From an uncultured Dehalococcoidia bacterium (GTDB lineage: Bacteria; Chloroflexota; Dehalococcoidia; Lucifugimonadales; UBA1123), in the NCBI GenBank assembly GCA_964537915.1, contig CAZIDM010000001.1:203433-267432 (forward strand): a stretch of 64,000 bases of DNA, written 5' to 3'. Positions 47,093-56,239 of this stretch are shown piece after piece. How positions within the stretch are numbered: position 1 is the first letter of the stretch; every line of letters starts with the position of its first letter. The notes under the pieces were generated by a model. That model was not told where the DNA came from. It ran no database searches and was given only the letters and a program-made list of their open reading frames with translations. Made by a program: the position numbers and the translations under genes.

Positions 47093-48067
47093 TTAGTCTG
47101 GCAGCACCACTGACTGTGGGTCTTCACCCCGCAGGATTCTTGCCGCGTTGTAAGTGGCAAAGGTGCGGCTCTTCTCCCCTGACTCCTGCGTGAATGACGC
47201 CAGGTGAGGCGTTACCAGGACGTTGTCCATGTGGAGCAGCGGATTGTCGACCGGAGTTGGCTCCTCTTCGAGCACGTCCAGTCCGGCCTGGGCGATCTTC
47301 CCGGCCTCAAGCGCGCGTATGAGAGCCGCCTCGTCAACAACCGGACCTCGGCATGCGTTGATGAAGACCACTGTTGGCTTCATCAGGTCGAATTCACGGT
47401 CGCTGATCATGTGGTGCGTTGGACCGCCGAGCGGCACATGGAGCGTGATGATATCGGACTCCTGCAGCAACTCGTCCAGTTCCACACGCCTGAGATTAAG
47501 CTCTTCTTCGATCCCTGGCTCCGGATCGACAACGTCGCTGTAGATGAGGTTGCAGTCCCATCCCTGGAGCCTGCGGGCTACACGCGAACCGATGCGACCG
47601 AGGCCTACGATTCCAACAGTCTTGCCTTCGATCTCATTTGCCTGTGAGAACCAGGCCTGCCGGATGTCCCCGGCCCACTCCCCGGCCTTTACTGCGTTGA
47701 ACTGGAGCTGCATCTTTCGAATCGTGCTCACGAGCAGCGCGATGGTGTGTTCGGCGACTGCGACTGCGTTGCCTCCCCCATTGTTGGATACGCGGATGCC
47801 CATCTCGCCCAGAGCGGTCTTGTCCAGCGTGTCCGTTCCGGCGCTGACGGTCTGTACGAGCTTGAGGTTCGGCGCCCTGCTCGCGACCTCTACTGTCACA
47901 GGGGCTCCGCCGACGATCGCGACCTGAGCGTCCTGCAGCAGTTCGGCCTGTTCATCAAGCGACAGGGTGGAGTCGACCCAACCGACCTCCACGCCCTCCG
48001 GCGCGACTCTCTGGAAGTCTGCCAATTGGGCGTCGCTTGGTCCATAAACGATTACTTGTGCTCCCAT
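47093..48067 (-). CDS. D-isomer-specific 2-hydroxyacid dehydrogenase
   Basis: 'GKTVGIVGLGRIGSRVARRL' NAD fold, 'INACRG', 'LDVLEEEP', 'TPHLAS'. Start at ATG 48067 ('MGAQVIVYG'); the ORF track starts at 48163. Confidence 0.88.
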   Translation of the reverse strand: MGAQVIVYGPSDAQLADFQRVAPEGVEVGWVDSTLSLDEQAELLQDAQVAIVGGAPVTVEVASRAPNLKLVQTVSAGTDTLDKTALGEMGIRVSNNGGGNAVAVAEHTIALLVSTIRKMQLQFNAVKAGEWAGDIRQAWFSQANEIEGKTVGIVGLGRIGSRVARRLQGWDCNLIYSDVVDPEPGIEEELNLRRVELDELLQESDIITLHVPLGGPTHHMISDREFDLMKPTVVFINACRGPVVDEAALIRALEAGKIAQAGLDVLEEEPTPVDNPLLHMDNVLVTPHLASFTQESGEKSRTFATYNAARILRGEDPQSVVLPD

Positions 48068-48214
48068 ATGTTCTCCTTTTCCTAAACGTGGGATTCTCAC
48101 TGTGTGAAGCAGCCCGATTATACGTGTGGCGCATTGGATGGGCAACGTGCTGGAGCCTGCCACAGGGTCTTATCGTTTTCGTCTCGTGGCAAATCTCTCG
48201 TTCGCCCACGGATC

Positions 48215-48290
48215 AGGTCCGGGGCGGGCTCTGAGCTTGTCGAAGGGCCGCTCGTTTATGGTTCGACAAGCTCACCACGAACGAGCTACT
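48215..48290. repeat. Palindromic REP-like intergenic element (12-bp perfect inverted repeat GAGCTTGTCGAA / TTCGACAAGCTC)
   Basis: Arms at 48233-48244 and 48262-48273 with a 17-nt loop. A second pair GCTCGTT/AACGAGC sits at 48250-48256 and 48281-48287. Translations give 'LSLSKGRSFMVRQAHHER', 'FDKLTTNE' and, on the minus strand, 'SLSNHKRAALRQAQ'. Confidence 0.7.
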
Positions 48291-48339
48291 CCAGTGACAT
48301 TCGACAATGAAAAGACCCTGGAGTCTGCTAGGACGCACT

Positions 48340-48367
48340 TTGTAGCAACTTCTGGACGCTGTATAAT
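48340..48367 (+). promoter_or_regulatory. Candidate promoter TTGTAG - 16 nt - TATAAT for the CoA-transferase pair
   Basis: -10 TATAAT at 48362-48367. The same 10-mer TATAATTCGC recurs at the cmk promoter (51011-51020). Confidence 0.4.
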
Positions 48368-48373
48368 TCGCCA

Positions 48374-49609
48374 TTGCAACATCGAAACCAGAATGGACCG
48401 GAGCACGCATTGGCCAGAGCCCTCGAGGGAATCAAAGTCCTGGACCTGACCCACCACATTGCCGGTCCGTACTGCACGAAACTGCTTGCGGACTTCGGGG
48501 CACGAGTGACAAAGGTCGAACGTCCAGGCTCAGGAGATGCCAGCCGCGCGATGCCTCCCTTCGCAGGCGATGACCCGCACCCTGAAAAGAGCCTGCCGTT
48601 CCTCTATCTGAACACCAACAAGCGCTCCGTTACTCTCGACCTCAAATCGGTAACAGGACGGAGGCTGCTACATCGACTGGCAGAAGACTCAGACGTCATA
48701 GTAGAGAACTTCAGACCGAAGACTCTGCCGTCTCTCGGAATCACGTATGACACGCTGTGCGAGTCGAACCCCTCCATCGTCATGGCCTCGATTTCCAACT
48801 TTGGCCAGACTGGGCCCTACCGTGACTACGAGGCGACTGACATCGTCGAGTATGCCCTCAGTGGCATCCAGTACATTTTTGGAGACAATGACCGCGAACC
48901 TCTCAAGCACGGTTTCAACCAGGCTCAATTCAAGGCAGGCACAGACGCGGCCTCGGCAGTCCTGATCGCTCTGTTTCACCGTGCCATGACCGGGAAGGGC
49001 CAGTGGATCGACATATCAATCCAGGAGTGCGTTGCCACGGGCCTGCGCGACACCACCTCGTCATTCACCTACACAGGCGCGGTTAAGTGGAGACGGCCAA
49101 GTGAGGCAGGCGAGCTTCCCAGGTCGCCTGTCGAGACCAGTGACGGCTACATCGTGCCAATCGCCTTCGGCGGAGTGGACTGGGACGCCACGGTTGAATT
49201 CCTGGACTCAGAAGAGCTTGCTGCGGAACGATTCTCCACCCCAGAAGGACGCCTGGAGCACGCAACCGACCTCGATAGAATTCTTCGGGACGCCTTCAGG
49301 CAGTACGAGAAGGAGGACCTGTTCTACAGAGCTAACCAGCGCAGGGGACTGATCTACGGGATCGTCCAGGACGCTTCTGAGCTGTATGAGAACCCGCAAT
49401 TCAGACATAGGGAATACTTCACGGAAGTTGACCACCCAGTTGCGGGCAAGGCTGAGTACCCGGGCGCTCCGTTTGGCATGTCGTCCACGCCATGGTCGGT
49501 TGAGTCGCCTGCCCCTACTCTGGGACAGCACAATCCGGAAGTCCTCCTCGATGAACTGGGACTCTCCAACGAAGAGCTGCACCAACTCGTAGCCTCAGGA
49601 GTGGTCTGA
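48374..49609 (+). CDS. Family III CoA-transferase (CaiB/BaiF)
   Basis: 'LEGIKVLDLTHHIAGPYCTKLLADFGARVTKVERP'. The start is ambiguous: TTG 48374 would be essentially leaderless relative to the predicted promoter, whereas TTG 48410 has a GGAG 6 nt upstream. Confidence 0.88.
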   Translation: MQHRNQNGPEHALARALEGIKVLDLTHHIAGPYCTKLLADFGARVTKVERPGSGDASRAMPPFAGDDPHPEKSLPFLYLNTNKRSVTLDLKSVTGRRLLHRLAEDSDVIVENFRPKTLPSLGITYDTLCESNPSIVMASISNFGQTGPYRDYEATDIVEYALSGIQYIFGDNDREPLKHGFNQAQFKAGTDAASAVLIALFHRAMTGKGQWIDISIQECVATGLRDTTSSFTYTGAVKWRRPSEAGELPRSPVETSDGYIVPIAFGGVDWDATVEFLDSEELAAERFSTPEGRLEHATDLDRILRDAFRQYEKEDLFYRANQRRGLIYGIVQDASELYENPQFRHREYFTEVDHPVAGKAEYPGAPFGMSSTPWSVESPAPTLGQHNPEVLLDELGLSNEELHQLVASGVV

Positions 49610-49611
49610 CG

Positions 49612-50961
49612 ATGGCAACGGTAAGAGCCCTGGAGGGTCTGCGAATTGTCGAGATGGGACAGCTCATTGCGGTCCCGTTTGCCGCCAAGCTCCTTGGAGA
49701 CATGGGGGCAGAGGTCATACGTATCGAGTCATGCACACGCATGGACGGCTATCGTGTTGCCGGATTCTACAAGAATGACGGCTCCGGTGAGTTCTGGAAT
49801 CGGGCAGTCAATTTCTACGAGCAGAACAGGGGGAAACAGAGTCTAACACTGGATCTGGCCCAGTCCTCAGGAATCGAAACCCTGATCGATCTGATCGCCA
49901 TAAGTGACGTGTTCATCGAGAACTTCACTCCAAGGGTCATCGGGAACTTTGGCCTTGAGTATGATGACCTTCGGAAGGTTAAGCCGGATATCGTCATGGT
50001 CTCGTCCACGGGGTACGGCCACACCGGTCCGTGGAGTGGATTCGGGGCGATTGGCTATGGGACTGAGGCTGCCTGTGGCCTCGCCGCAGCCACTGGGTAC
50101 ACCGACGGCCCCCCAGCGATCCCCGAGCTCCCCTACGCAGACTACACCGCAGGTGAGCACACGGTCTTCGCCATCATGGCAGCACTCATGCACAGGGCTG
50201 CCACCGGCGAGGGGCAGTTCATTGACGTCTCCCAGACGCAGACACTCACTGCAACCGTGCCTGAGCCTCTGATGGACTACGCGTTCAATGGCCGAGTGGC
50301 AGGTACCTCCGGCAATCGCGATGATAGGTACGCTCCTCAGGGGACCTACCCATGTGATGGAGATGATCGCTGGATCTCCTTGAGCGTCAGGACCGACAGC
50401 GAATGGTCTGCCCTCTGTGATGTGCTTCAGCGGCCTGAGTGGGTCGCCGACCCTCGTTTCGCCGACGGTATTTCCAGGTCCAGGAATCACGACCTGCTGG
50501 ATGAGCTTATTTCTGGAGTTACCGTTGGTTGGCGCGCCTCTGACCTACAGGCCCAGCTACAGGCCGCCTGTGTCCCTGCGGGTGAGGTACTGGATGGGAA
50601 AGCTCTGCTGTTCAATGAGCACCTGGAAGCCCGCGGATTCTACGAGGTCGTTGAACACGCTGAGTCAACTGGCATGCCTCCCCTGCCCTATGCCGGCAGG
50701 CCGTGGAAGTTCGGGGAGACTCCTGGCACGATTAGCTCCGCTGCTCCTACGCTTGGGGAACACAACCGCGAGGTACTTGCCGACCTACTGGGGTTTGGAG
50801 ACTCGCGCATCGCGGGACTCACCGACGCCGGCGTGATCGGCACCTCACCTGCTAATCCAAGGGCGTCTCGCCAGGCATCGAATGAGACCCTACTTGCCCA
50901 AGGACGCATCGTCAGGTGGGAATCTGACTTCGAGGACCAGGTTAGGCGAAGATTCACCTGA
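49612..50961 (+). CDS. Family III CoA-transferase (CaiB/BaiF), paralogue
   Basis: 'LEGLRIVEMGQLIAVPFAAKLLGDMGAEVIRIES'. Starts 2 nt after the upstream paralogue's stop. Confidence 0.88.
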   Translation: MATVRALEGLRIVEMGQLIAVPFAAKLLGDMGAEVIRIESCTRMDGYRVAGFYKNDGSGEFWNRAVNFYEQNRGKQSLTLDLAQSSGIETLIDLIAISDVFIENFTPRVIGNFGLEYDDLRKVKPDIVMVSSTGYGHTGPWSGFGAIGYGTEAACGLAAATGYTDGPPAIPELPYADYTAGEHTVFAIMAALMHRAATGEGQFIDVSQTQTLTATVPEPLMDYAFNGRVAGTSGNRDDRYAPQGTYPCDGDDRWISLSVRTDSEWSALCDVLQRPEWVADPRFADGISRSRNHDLLDELISGVTVGWRASDLQAQLQAACVPAGEVLDGKALLFNEHLEARGFYEVVEHAESTGMPPLPYAGRPWKFGETPGTISSAAPTLGEHNREVLADLLGFGDSRIAGLTDAGVIGTSPANPRASRQASNETLLAQGRIVRWESDFEDQVRRRFT

Positions 50962-50987
50962 CCTCACTTGGGCTCTGTCCGTCCCAT

Positions 50988-51016
50988 TTGCCCCACACCG
51001 GCCTCGACCATATAAT
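50988..51016 (+). promoter_or_regulatory. Candidate promoter TTGCCC - 17 nt - TATAAT for cmk-plsC
   Basis: Hexamers at 50988-50993 and 51011-51016, about 36 nt upstream of the cmk start. Confidence 0.45.
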
Positions 51017-51051
51017 TCGCAAGAACTCAATGCTGGAGGACTCTGAACGAA

Positions 51052-51711
51052 TTGGTGATCGAAGCGGTCGCGATCGATGGACCCGTAGCCTCCGGCAAGA
51101 CAACAGTTGGTACCTGTGTGGCTGTTCGGCTGGGTTACGCGTTCCTGGACACCGGAATCATGTATCGTGCCGCGACCTGGCAGGCAATTCACTCTGGCAT
51201 AAGCGTTGCTGACGACGCCGACCTGACTCGCATGGCAGAGTCGATGCACATCGTCCTGCATTCGTCCAACGGGTCAGATCGCCTGCTGGTGGATGGGACC
51301 GACATCACGGACCACCTCAGAAGCACAGAGGTCGACCGCAATGTCTCAGCCGTGTCAGCAGTGACGGGCGTCAGGCAAGCCCTGATTCCGCATCAGCGCA
51401 GGGTAGCCAAGGTTGGCCCAATTGTGATGGTAGGGCGCGACATATGCACTGTGGTCCTGCCTGATGCGCGGACAAAGGTGTATCTGGACGCGACAGTCAA
51501 TGTGCGTGCAGGAAGAAGACACGCGGAGCTGCTCGCCTCTGGGGTCGACCGTGATCTGGAGCAGGTAATAGCAGACACTGCGAGAAGAGATAGAATAGAC
51601 TCGGAAAGAGGCGCACTCAGCGTTTCTAATGATGCGGTTGTAATGCAGACCGATAACCTGGATTTGGAAGGCGTTGTGCAGCGCATCGTTGAACTCGTGG
51701 AGCAACGTTAG
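51052..51711 (+). CDS. cmk: Cytidylate kinase
   Basis: 'VAIDGPVASGKTTVG', 'LDTGIMYRA', 'GRDICTVVLPDA'. TTG/GTG start. Confidence 0.92.
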   Translation: MVIEAVAIDGPVASGKTTVGTCVAVRLGYAFLDTGIMYRAATWQAIHSGISVADDADLTRMAESMHIVLHSSNGSDRLLVDGTDITDHLRSTEVDRNVSAVSAVTGVRQALIPHQRRVAKVGPIVMVGRDICTVVLPDARTKVYLDATVNVRAGRRHAELLASGVDRDLEQVIADTARRDRIDSERGALSVSNDAVVMQTDNLDLEGVVQRIVELVEQR

Positions 51712-52391
51712 TGGAATCCGTTTACTACGTCAGCAATTTCTTGCAGAGATGCACTCTTCGGACTTTCTCTGACTACAAAGTCATAGGCGCCGAGAATGTT
51801 CCCCCAATGGGCCCGCTCGTTGTCATCTCGAATCACCTGAGTAACCTCGATCCCTCTTTCCTGGGAGCGAGCGTACCAAGGCGTCTGAACTACCTGGCCA
51901 AGGACAACCTGTTCGATGCAGTGGGTCCGGTAGGCCGGTGGTACCTCCGCAGTTACGGTGCATTTCCGATAGATCGTGTGGGAGTGGACGCCCGCGCTTT
52001 CCGATGGGCGCTTCGAAAGCTCCAACGGGACGCGGCGCTTGTGATTTTCCCTGAAGGTACACGAAGTAGGAACGCAAGCCTGAACGAGGCCAAGGCCGGC
52101 GCGGTGTCCCTCATCCTGAAGTCCGGCGCCCCTGTTCTGCCAATCGGTATAACCGGCACGGAGAGGATGCAGCCATTTCTGAGGGTCGTGAATCCTACCG
52201 GAAAGATCCGAGTTAACATCGGGCAGCCATTTTCGCTGCCGAACATAGAAGGCCGTCCCAGCCGGGAACTTCTACGCTCGATGACAACGGACATGATGCA
52301 CCGCGTTTGCGACCTGCTGCCAGAGTCATACCATGGGTTCTATTCGAGAACTCAGGCGCCCAGGAACGATGCCGCCGGAGTAGCGCGTTGA
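51711..52391 (+). CDS. plsC: 1-acyl-sn-glycerol-3-phosphate acyltransferase
   Basis: 'VISNHLSNLDP' (HxxxxD), 'FPEGTRS', 'PVLPIGITG'. The GTG start overlaps the cmk TAG. Confidence 0.88.
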   Translation: MESVYYVSNFLQRCTLRTFSDYKVIGAENVPPMGPLVVISNHLSNLDPSFLGASVPRRLNYLAKDNLFDAVGPVGRWYLRSYGAFPIDRVGVDARAFRWALRKLQRDAALVIFPEGTRSRNASLNEAKAGAVSLILKSGAPVLPIGITGTERMQPFLRVVNPTGKIRVNIGQPFSLPNIEGRPSRELLRSMTTDMMHRVCDLLPESYHGFYSRTQAPRNDAAGVAR

Positions 52392-52446
52392 CGCGTACAT
52401 CCGTGACTGCTCTCATACCCAGCTTAACGATTTGGACCACGCATAT

Positions 52447-54291
52447 ATGTGCGGAATAATCGGCTACGCAGGTCGACAGCAGGCGGCAGAACTCCTACTC
52501 CAGGGTCTGGGCACCCTGGAGTATCGTGGTTACGACAGCTCAGGAATAGCGGTCCTCGGGACTGACGGCACTCCATCGGTACACAAGCGCGTGGGAAAGC
52601 TGTCCAACCTGCAGACCGCGCTCAATGGCGCGATGCCTGAGGGCAGTCTCGGGATTGGACATACCAGGTGGGCGACACACGGGGCTCCGTCCGACACAAA
52701 TGCCCATCCGCACACTGACTGCAGTGGAGAGGTCGTTGTCGTCCATAACGGGATCGTCGAAAACTACCAGGAAGTCAAGAGGGAGCTGATCGACAGCGGG
52801 CACCTGTTCAACTCTCAGACCGATTCGGAGTGCATTCCCCACCTGATAGAGACAGGTATGGAGAAAGGTCTCTCTCTGAAGGAAGCCGTCACCGCTGCTT
52901 CTCGCCGTATAACGGGAGCCAGTGCGGTCGTGGCATTCACGACGCGGGAACCGGACAAGATTGTGGGCTTGCGCCTGGGTAACGCGGGCGGGATAGTCGT
53001 TGGCAAGAATGATGAGGGAGTCTTCCTGTCCTCAGACCTCCCGGCTCTCCTCCCACACACGCGAAGCGTCCACTACCTGAACGCGGGCGAGGTCGCGGTC
53101 ATCGGCTGTGATGAGATGACATTCGAGCGTATTGATGGCACGTCCATCGACAAGCCCCCGACCAGTATTCCGTACGATCCCCTGTCTTCGGCTAAGGGGG
53201 CCTACAGCCACTTCATGCACAAGGAGATTCATGAGCAGCCCGAAGCAATCGTTAATGGCCTCCGGGGCCGGATCTCATTTGAAGACCAGGCTGTAGACCT
53301 GGCTGAAGTCGGACTGAGTGACGACCTCGTTGCCTCCATTGGCCGTGTGGTCTTCCTGGGAATGGGGACGAGCCTTCACGCGGCTATGATTGGGAGGCAC
53401 TGGATGGAGACCCTGGCGAGGATTCCGTCTGAGTATGACAACTCCTCTGAGTTCAGGTACAGGTCTCCAATTCTGGATGAAGGTACGCTGGTAGTCTCAG
53501 TGTGCCAGTCTGGTGAGACCGTTGATACCTTAGCCGCCATGGAACTCGCCAGGGATCTTGGCGCCCCACAAGTCACCCTCTGCAACTACCCCGGAACGCA
53601 GACCACTCGAATCGCTGGGCACACTTTAATGGTTCGAGCTGGGCTCGAAATTGGCGTGGCGGCCTCCAAGACGTTCACATCATCCCTTGTGTCCTTACTG
53701 CTGCTGGCGCTGGAACTTGGCGTACGGAGGGGACAGATTGAGCCGGATACCAGACGAGAGATCGTCGCCGAAATCACGCGATTGCCGGACATGCTCGGCG
53801 CTATGCTGACTGACGAGTCGGCGTATAGAGCCATCGCCCAGAAGTACGGCCGTCGTTCGGATTTCCTGTTTCTGGGAAGAGGCCTCGGATTCCCCATGGC
53901 GATGGAAGGAGCCCTGAAGCTCAAGGAGATCAGCTACATCCACGCAGAAGGCTATCCGGCTGGCGAGATGAAGCACGGTCCAATCTCTCTGATCGATGAA
54001 GATATGCCTGTGGTCGCAATTGTCCCTAGCGACTCCCTGAAGGACAAGATGCAGTCCAACATTAACGAAGTGAGGGCACGCGGCGGGAACGTAATCGCAG
54101 TCGTGTCTGAAGGTGACGCAGAGACCGCTGAACTCGCGGACGACGTAATCACGATACCAGGAGTCTCAGAGTTGATCAGCCCGTTTCCGGTGTCCATTGC
54201 CATGCAGCTGATTGCGTACCACATTGGTGTGCGCAGAGGCTGCGACATTGACCAACCAAGGAACCTGGCCAAGACGGTCACTGTGGAGTGA
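52447..54291 (+). CDS. glmS: Glutamine--fructose-6-phosphate aminotransferase
   Basis: 'MCGIIGY' (Cys2 nucleophile), 'GHTRWATHG', two SIS domains, C-terminal 'DQPRNLAKTVTVE'. Start at ATG 52447. Confidence 0.95.
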   Translation: MCGIIGYAGRQQAAELLLQGLGTLEYRGYDSSGIAVLGTDGTPSVHKRVGKLSNLQTALNGAMPEGSLGIGHTRWATHGAPSDTNAHPHTDCSGEVVVVHNGIVENYQEVKRELIDSGHLFNSQTDSECIPHLIETGMEKGLSLKEAVTAASRRITGASAVVAFTTREPDKIVGLRLGNAGGIVVGKNDEGVFLSSDLPALLPHTRSVHYLNAGEVAVIGCDEMTFERIDGTSIDKPPTSIPYDPLSSAKGAYSHFMHKEIHEQPEAIVNGLRGRISFEDQAVDLAEVGLSDDLVASIGRVVFLGMGTSLHAAMIGRHWMETLARIPSEYDNSSEFRYRSPILDEGTLVVSVCQSGETVDTLAAMELARDLGAPQVTLCNYPGTQTTRIAGHTLMVRAGLEIGVAASKTFTSSLVSLLLLALELGVRRGQIEPDTRREIVAEITRLPDMLGAMLTDESAYRAIAQKYGRRSDFLFLGRGLGFPMAMEGALKLKEISYIHAEGYPAGEMKHGPISLIDEDMPVVAIVPSDSLKDKMQSNINEVRARGGNVIAVVSEGDAETAELADDVITIPGVSELISPFPVSIAMQLIAYHIGVRRGCDIDQPRNLAKTVTVE

Positions 54292-54341
54292 TTGCCGCCC
54301 AGGTTGGCTTGTGCTAATGTTGCGCGCCAAAGGAGCTAGAG

Positions 54342-54563
54342 TTGCTGCAACACGTAGAAAAGTTTGGCATCTACCTGAATGCTTCTGACGGGAAAGTGGT
54401 GAGAATCACGTCACCCTACTGGTTCCCGGAAGAACCGGACTGGGTGTACGTGACGAACGAGGTCAATGCCACCCTCCTCGCCATTCGTGAGATGATTCGC
54501 GAAAAGGAGCTGTCTGAAGATCCAGACGCTGTGACTTGGGGAAGGATTCCCCTCCTCGACTGA
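54342..54563 (+). CDS. Small hypothetical protein (73 aa)
   Basis: TTG start with an AAGGAG SD 6 nt upstream. Globular-looking composition; no family recognised. Confidence 0.5.
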   Translation: MLQHVEKFGIYLNASDGKVVRITSPYWFPEEPDWVYVTNEVNATLLAIREMIREKELSEDPDAVTWGRIPLLD

Positions 54564-54595
54564 TTTCCAGGGCGTGGTGATGAGATGGGTGCGGA

Positions 54596-55957
54596 GTGAG
54601 CGAAAGAGTCAGCGCGCAGGAACCGGATCAGCTGGAAGGTAGCGTCGATTCCTTTTGGAGAAGGCTGTTCTCCGTTCCTCCAGCGTTGCGGTATCCGCAG
54701 TATCGCTCGTACTGGTTCGGTACGCTGGCCTCGGTTTGCGGCTTCCAGATGCTCATGTTCGCCCAGGGCTGGCTCACATATGAGCTAACCGGGTCACCTC
54801 TGTATCTTGGATATGTTGCAGTCGCGAGCGCGGTGCCGTCGATCGCCCTGAACCTGTTCGGCGGTGTCTTCGCTGACAAGCTGGACAAGCGCAAGCTCAT
54901 CTTCTATACGCAGATCCTCACTGCAAGCCTGATATTCACGCTCGCCTTCCTGACGCTCTTCGAGGTCGTCAGAGTCTGGCACATTATCGCCCTGGCTTTT
55001 GCTGCCGGAGCGGTGAACGCCTTCGACCAGCCCGCTCGTCAGGCGCTCTATCCCCACCTGATTGATCGACGAGTCATCATGAGCGCCGTAGCGCTGAACT
55101 CTGCAATCTGGCAGGGAACGAGAATCGTTGCACCCGCCGTTGCTGGAATGATCATCGGTCTGATTGGCACCGCAACTGCCATCTTTGTCGCTGGGTCCGG
55201 GTTTGTCATCATGGCAATAGTCATTTTGACACTTCGTGTGCCAAGGATTGACGTCGGGTCCACAGGCAGCGCGTTCAGTGCGCTGTGGGAAGGGCTCAGG
55301 TTCATCTCGGGGAGCTCCATATTCTCGTTCCTGATAGCAATGACCTTCTTCAACAGCTTCTTTGGAATGGCATACATCACGATGATGCCGGCCTTCGCTG
55401 TGGACGTGCTAAACGTTGGCGCAGACGGCCAGGGTCTGCTGATGACCGTTGGCGGGGTTGGCGCTCTTGGTGTCACCCTCCTGCTCAGCTCTTCGGCCAA
55501 CTTCCAGAAGAAGGGATTACTGATCATTGGTGGTGGTCTGGCATTTGGATTGTCGATCATTGCCTTCGCGCTCACGTCGAGGTTCGTGGGTTCCCTCCCA
55601 CTGGCGATGGTGCTCATGTTCATCATGGGCACTTCAAGCTCGACCTACATGATCTCGATCATGAGCTCACTCCAACTGCTCGTCCCGGACAGAATGCGCG
55701 GCCGGGTAATGGGCTTTTACGGGATGACGTGGAGCATCATGCCGCTGGGAGGAATGCAGGCCGGAGCTATCGCCTCGTTCGTGGGGGTTCCTGTTGCAAT
55801 CGCCATCGGTGGAGGACTGGTCGCAGCGTTCGCACTTGGACCAGCGCTGGTCAACCGTCAGGTTCGAAACATCGGCGCGATTCTCATGCAGAGCGAACAG
55901 GAAGCTCAGAGGACCGGAGCGGGACCTGGAAGTGTAAGGCAGGCCTCGCGGAGTTGA
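54596..55957 (+). CDS. MFS transporter (third paralogue in the window)
   Basis: About 12 TM helices, 'GVFADKLDKRKLI' loop motif, 'MRGRVMGFYGM'. GTG start. Confidence 0.88.
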   Translation: MSERVSAQEPDQLEGSVDSFWRRLFSVPPALRYPQYRSYWFGTLASVCGFQMLMFAQGWLTYELTGSPLYLGYVAVASAVPSIALNLFGGVFADKLDKRKLIFYTQILTASLIFTLAFLTLFEVVRVWHIIALAFAAGAVNAFDQPARQALYPHLIDRRVIMSAVALNSAIWQGTRIVAPAVAGMIIGLIGTATAIFVAGSGFVIMAIVILTLRVPRIDVGSTGSAFSALWEGLRFISGSSIFSFLIAMTFFNSFFGMAYITMMPAFAVDVLNVGADGQGLLMTVGGVGALGVTLLLSSSANFQKKGLLIIGGGLAFGLSIIAFALTSRFVGSLPLAMVLMFIMGTSSSTYMISIMSSLQLLVPDRMRGRVMGFYGMTWSIMPLGGMQAGAIASFVGVPVAIAIGGGLVAAFALGPALVNRQVRNIGAILMQSEQEAQRTGAGPGSVRQASRS

Positions 55958-56035
55958 CACAAATCGATGTTCAGTGTACTAAGTAGTGCGGTCTCCGAAC
56001 TGTGACCTATTTTGCCCGACCGGAGAGCAATGCCC

Positions 56036-56239
56036 ATGCTAGATTCCTCAAGAGACCTGTCCGAGGACTTCCTCGCGACACAAGCTCGCGTTTTGAGACT
56101 CGACCTGTCTGTAGTAGACTCTGACGCTCTGTTGGAGCGAACGAAGTCAGGATTGGAAGATCTCGACAGGTCAGACGAGATTGGGTCAGTAGACTGCGAG
56201 CCCGCGGTAACCTTCAGGCCTGCACAGGACAGCCGATGA
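56036..56239 (+). CDS. GatC-like small protein (AtzG-like partner of the downstream amidase)
   Basis: 67-75 aa. 'FLATQARVLRLDLSVVDSDALLERTKSGLEDLDRSDEI...EPAVTF' follows the GatC pattern. ATGA overlap with the amidase start. ATG 56036 has the best SD spacing; the track start is TTG 56012. Confidence 0.55.
   Translation: MLDSSRDLSEDFLATQARVLRLDLSVVDSDALLERTKSGLEDLDRSDEIGSVDCEPAVTFRPAQDSR

Noticed and set aside
52392-52446. Possible glmS ribozyme upstream of glmS.
   Set aside because: Only 55 nt separate the plsC stop from the glmS ATG. That is far too short for the ~170-nt ribozyme, and no conserved core is visible.
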